The translations under genes and the position numbers were made by a program. Positions 23,709 through 24,000 of a stretch of DNA of 24,000 nt are shown here, one piece after another. The notes under the pieces were generated by a model. It searched no databases. It worked only from the letters and a program-made list of their open reading frames with translations, and was not told where the DNA came from. How positions within the stretch are numbered: position 1 is the first letter of the stretch; every line of letters starts with the position of its first letter. The stretch is from Halorubrum sp. BV1 (lineage in GTDB: Archaea; Halobacteriota; Halobacteria; Halobacteriales; Haloferacaceae), in the NCBI RefSeq assembly GCF_000746205.1, contig NZ_JQKV01000001.1, forward strand, positions 143,652 through 167,651. Direction: 5' to 3'.

Positions 23709-23999
23709 CTATACAAACGAACCTGGCCTTGATGAATCGTTCGAGCCGCTTTCGACCGTCTCGCGGAGATCTCGCATGAAGCGCTCGTTTCAGCTGCGCC
23801 ACAGTCTCGATTGATCGGGCACCGTCCCCAACTCTAAGCGCTTACAGAGTGTGGAGTGGCTACCGAGGTACTCGAGAAGTGCTGTTTCGTGTTCCCGCCC
23901 GTGGATTCCTCGTCCTCTGTACCGAGTCGCTGGTTGAACAGGGCGGTCGCTCGTTCGTACCCGCTGTATCCGTCGAACCGCTCTGTGTCGTCGGTCATC
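23709..23999 (-). pseudogene. Degenerate N-terminal remnant of an ISH transposase of the same family as 19533-21104; extends beyond the right window edge
   Basis: The reverse-strand frame reads ATRYRGRGIHGREHETALLEYLGSHSTLCKRLELGTVPDQSRLWRS*NERFMRDLRETVE. The intact copy reads ATRYEMAQLLRAFLLKEIHGWTHETALATYLTQRPKLREQLCLEMVPDQSTLWRSWHERFTTDLRKSVETV. TGA replaces the Trp codon (plus-strand tca at 23790-23792), there is an internal deletion, and homology is lost near 23740. Confidence 0.65.
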
Positions 24000-24000
24000 G

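Noticed and set aside
1-23999. Search for tRNA, rRNA and CRISPR arrays, especially next to the integrase and at the island edges
   Set aside because: I could see no T-loop GGTTCGAATCC-type motif in an appropriate cloverleaf context, no rRNA-like conserved segments, and no regularly spaced direct repeats. tRNAscan or Infernal would still be needed for certainty.

Overview
High-GC haloarchaeal (Halobacteria-type) DNA: the proteins are acidic and the window carries a PGF-CTERM sorting signal, a HalX domain and a Bat/HTH_10 regulator. Positions 1-8510 are ordinary core genes: a partial SCO1/SenC Tat-lipoprotein, a cold-shock protein, radB, a 1209-aa heavily sequon-decorated S8 protease with PGF-CTERM anchor, a four-CBS protein with an HPF/RaiA-like C-terminal domain, a HAD hydrolase and an SDR oxidoreductase. 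At about 8.9 kb the G+C content drops; my spot counts give roughly 54% in the kinase genes against roughly 70% in the protease gene. This accessory island runs to about 21.4 kb. Its core is a co-directional minus-strand operon (17567 down to 9058) encoding clear homologues of the bacterial stressosome proteins RsbR, RsbS, RsbT and RsbX, the RsbX homologue being fused to an extra HATPase domain. Two large PAS/GAF histidine kinases follow, one carrying two complete kinase cores, and then a REC-HalX response regulator that is inactivated by an in-frame TAG plus a frameshift. A PAS-GAF-BAT-HTH_10 (Bat-like) regulator is transcribed divergently. The island ends with an IS4-type ISH transposase. Beyond it lie a tyrosine integrase with a ribbon-helix-helix partner, an AT-rich region, and an inverted degenerate remnant of the same transposase family at the window edge. 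The main lead is the stressosome-type module, found in an organism without sigma factors and wired to two-component kinases. No tRNA, rRNA or CRISPR array was recognised. All calls come from by-eye motif reading, and no database search was possible.
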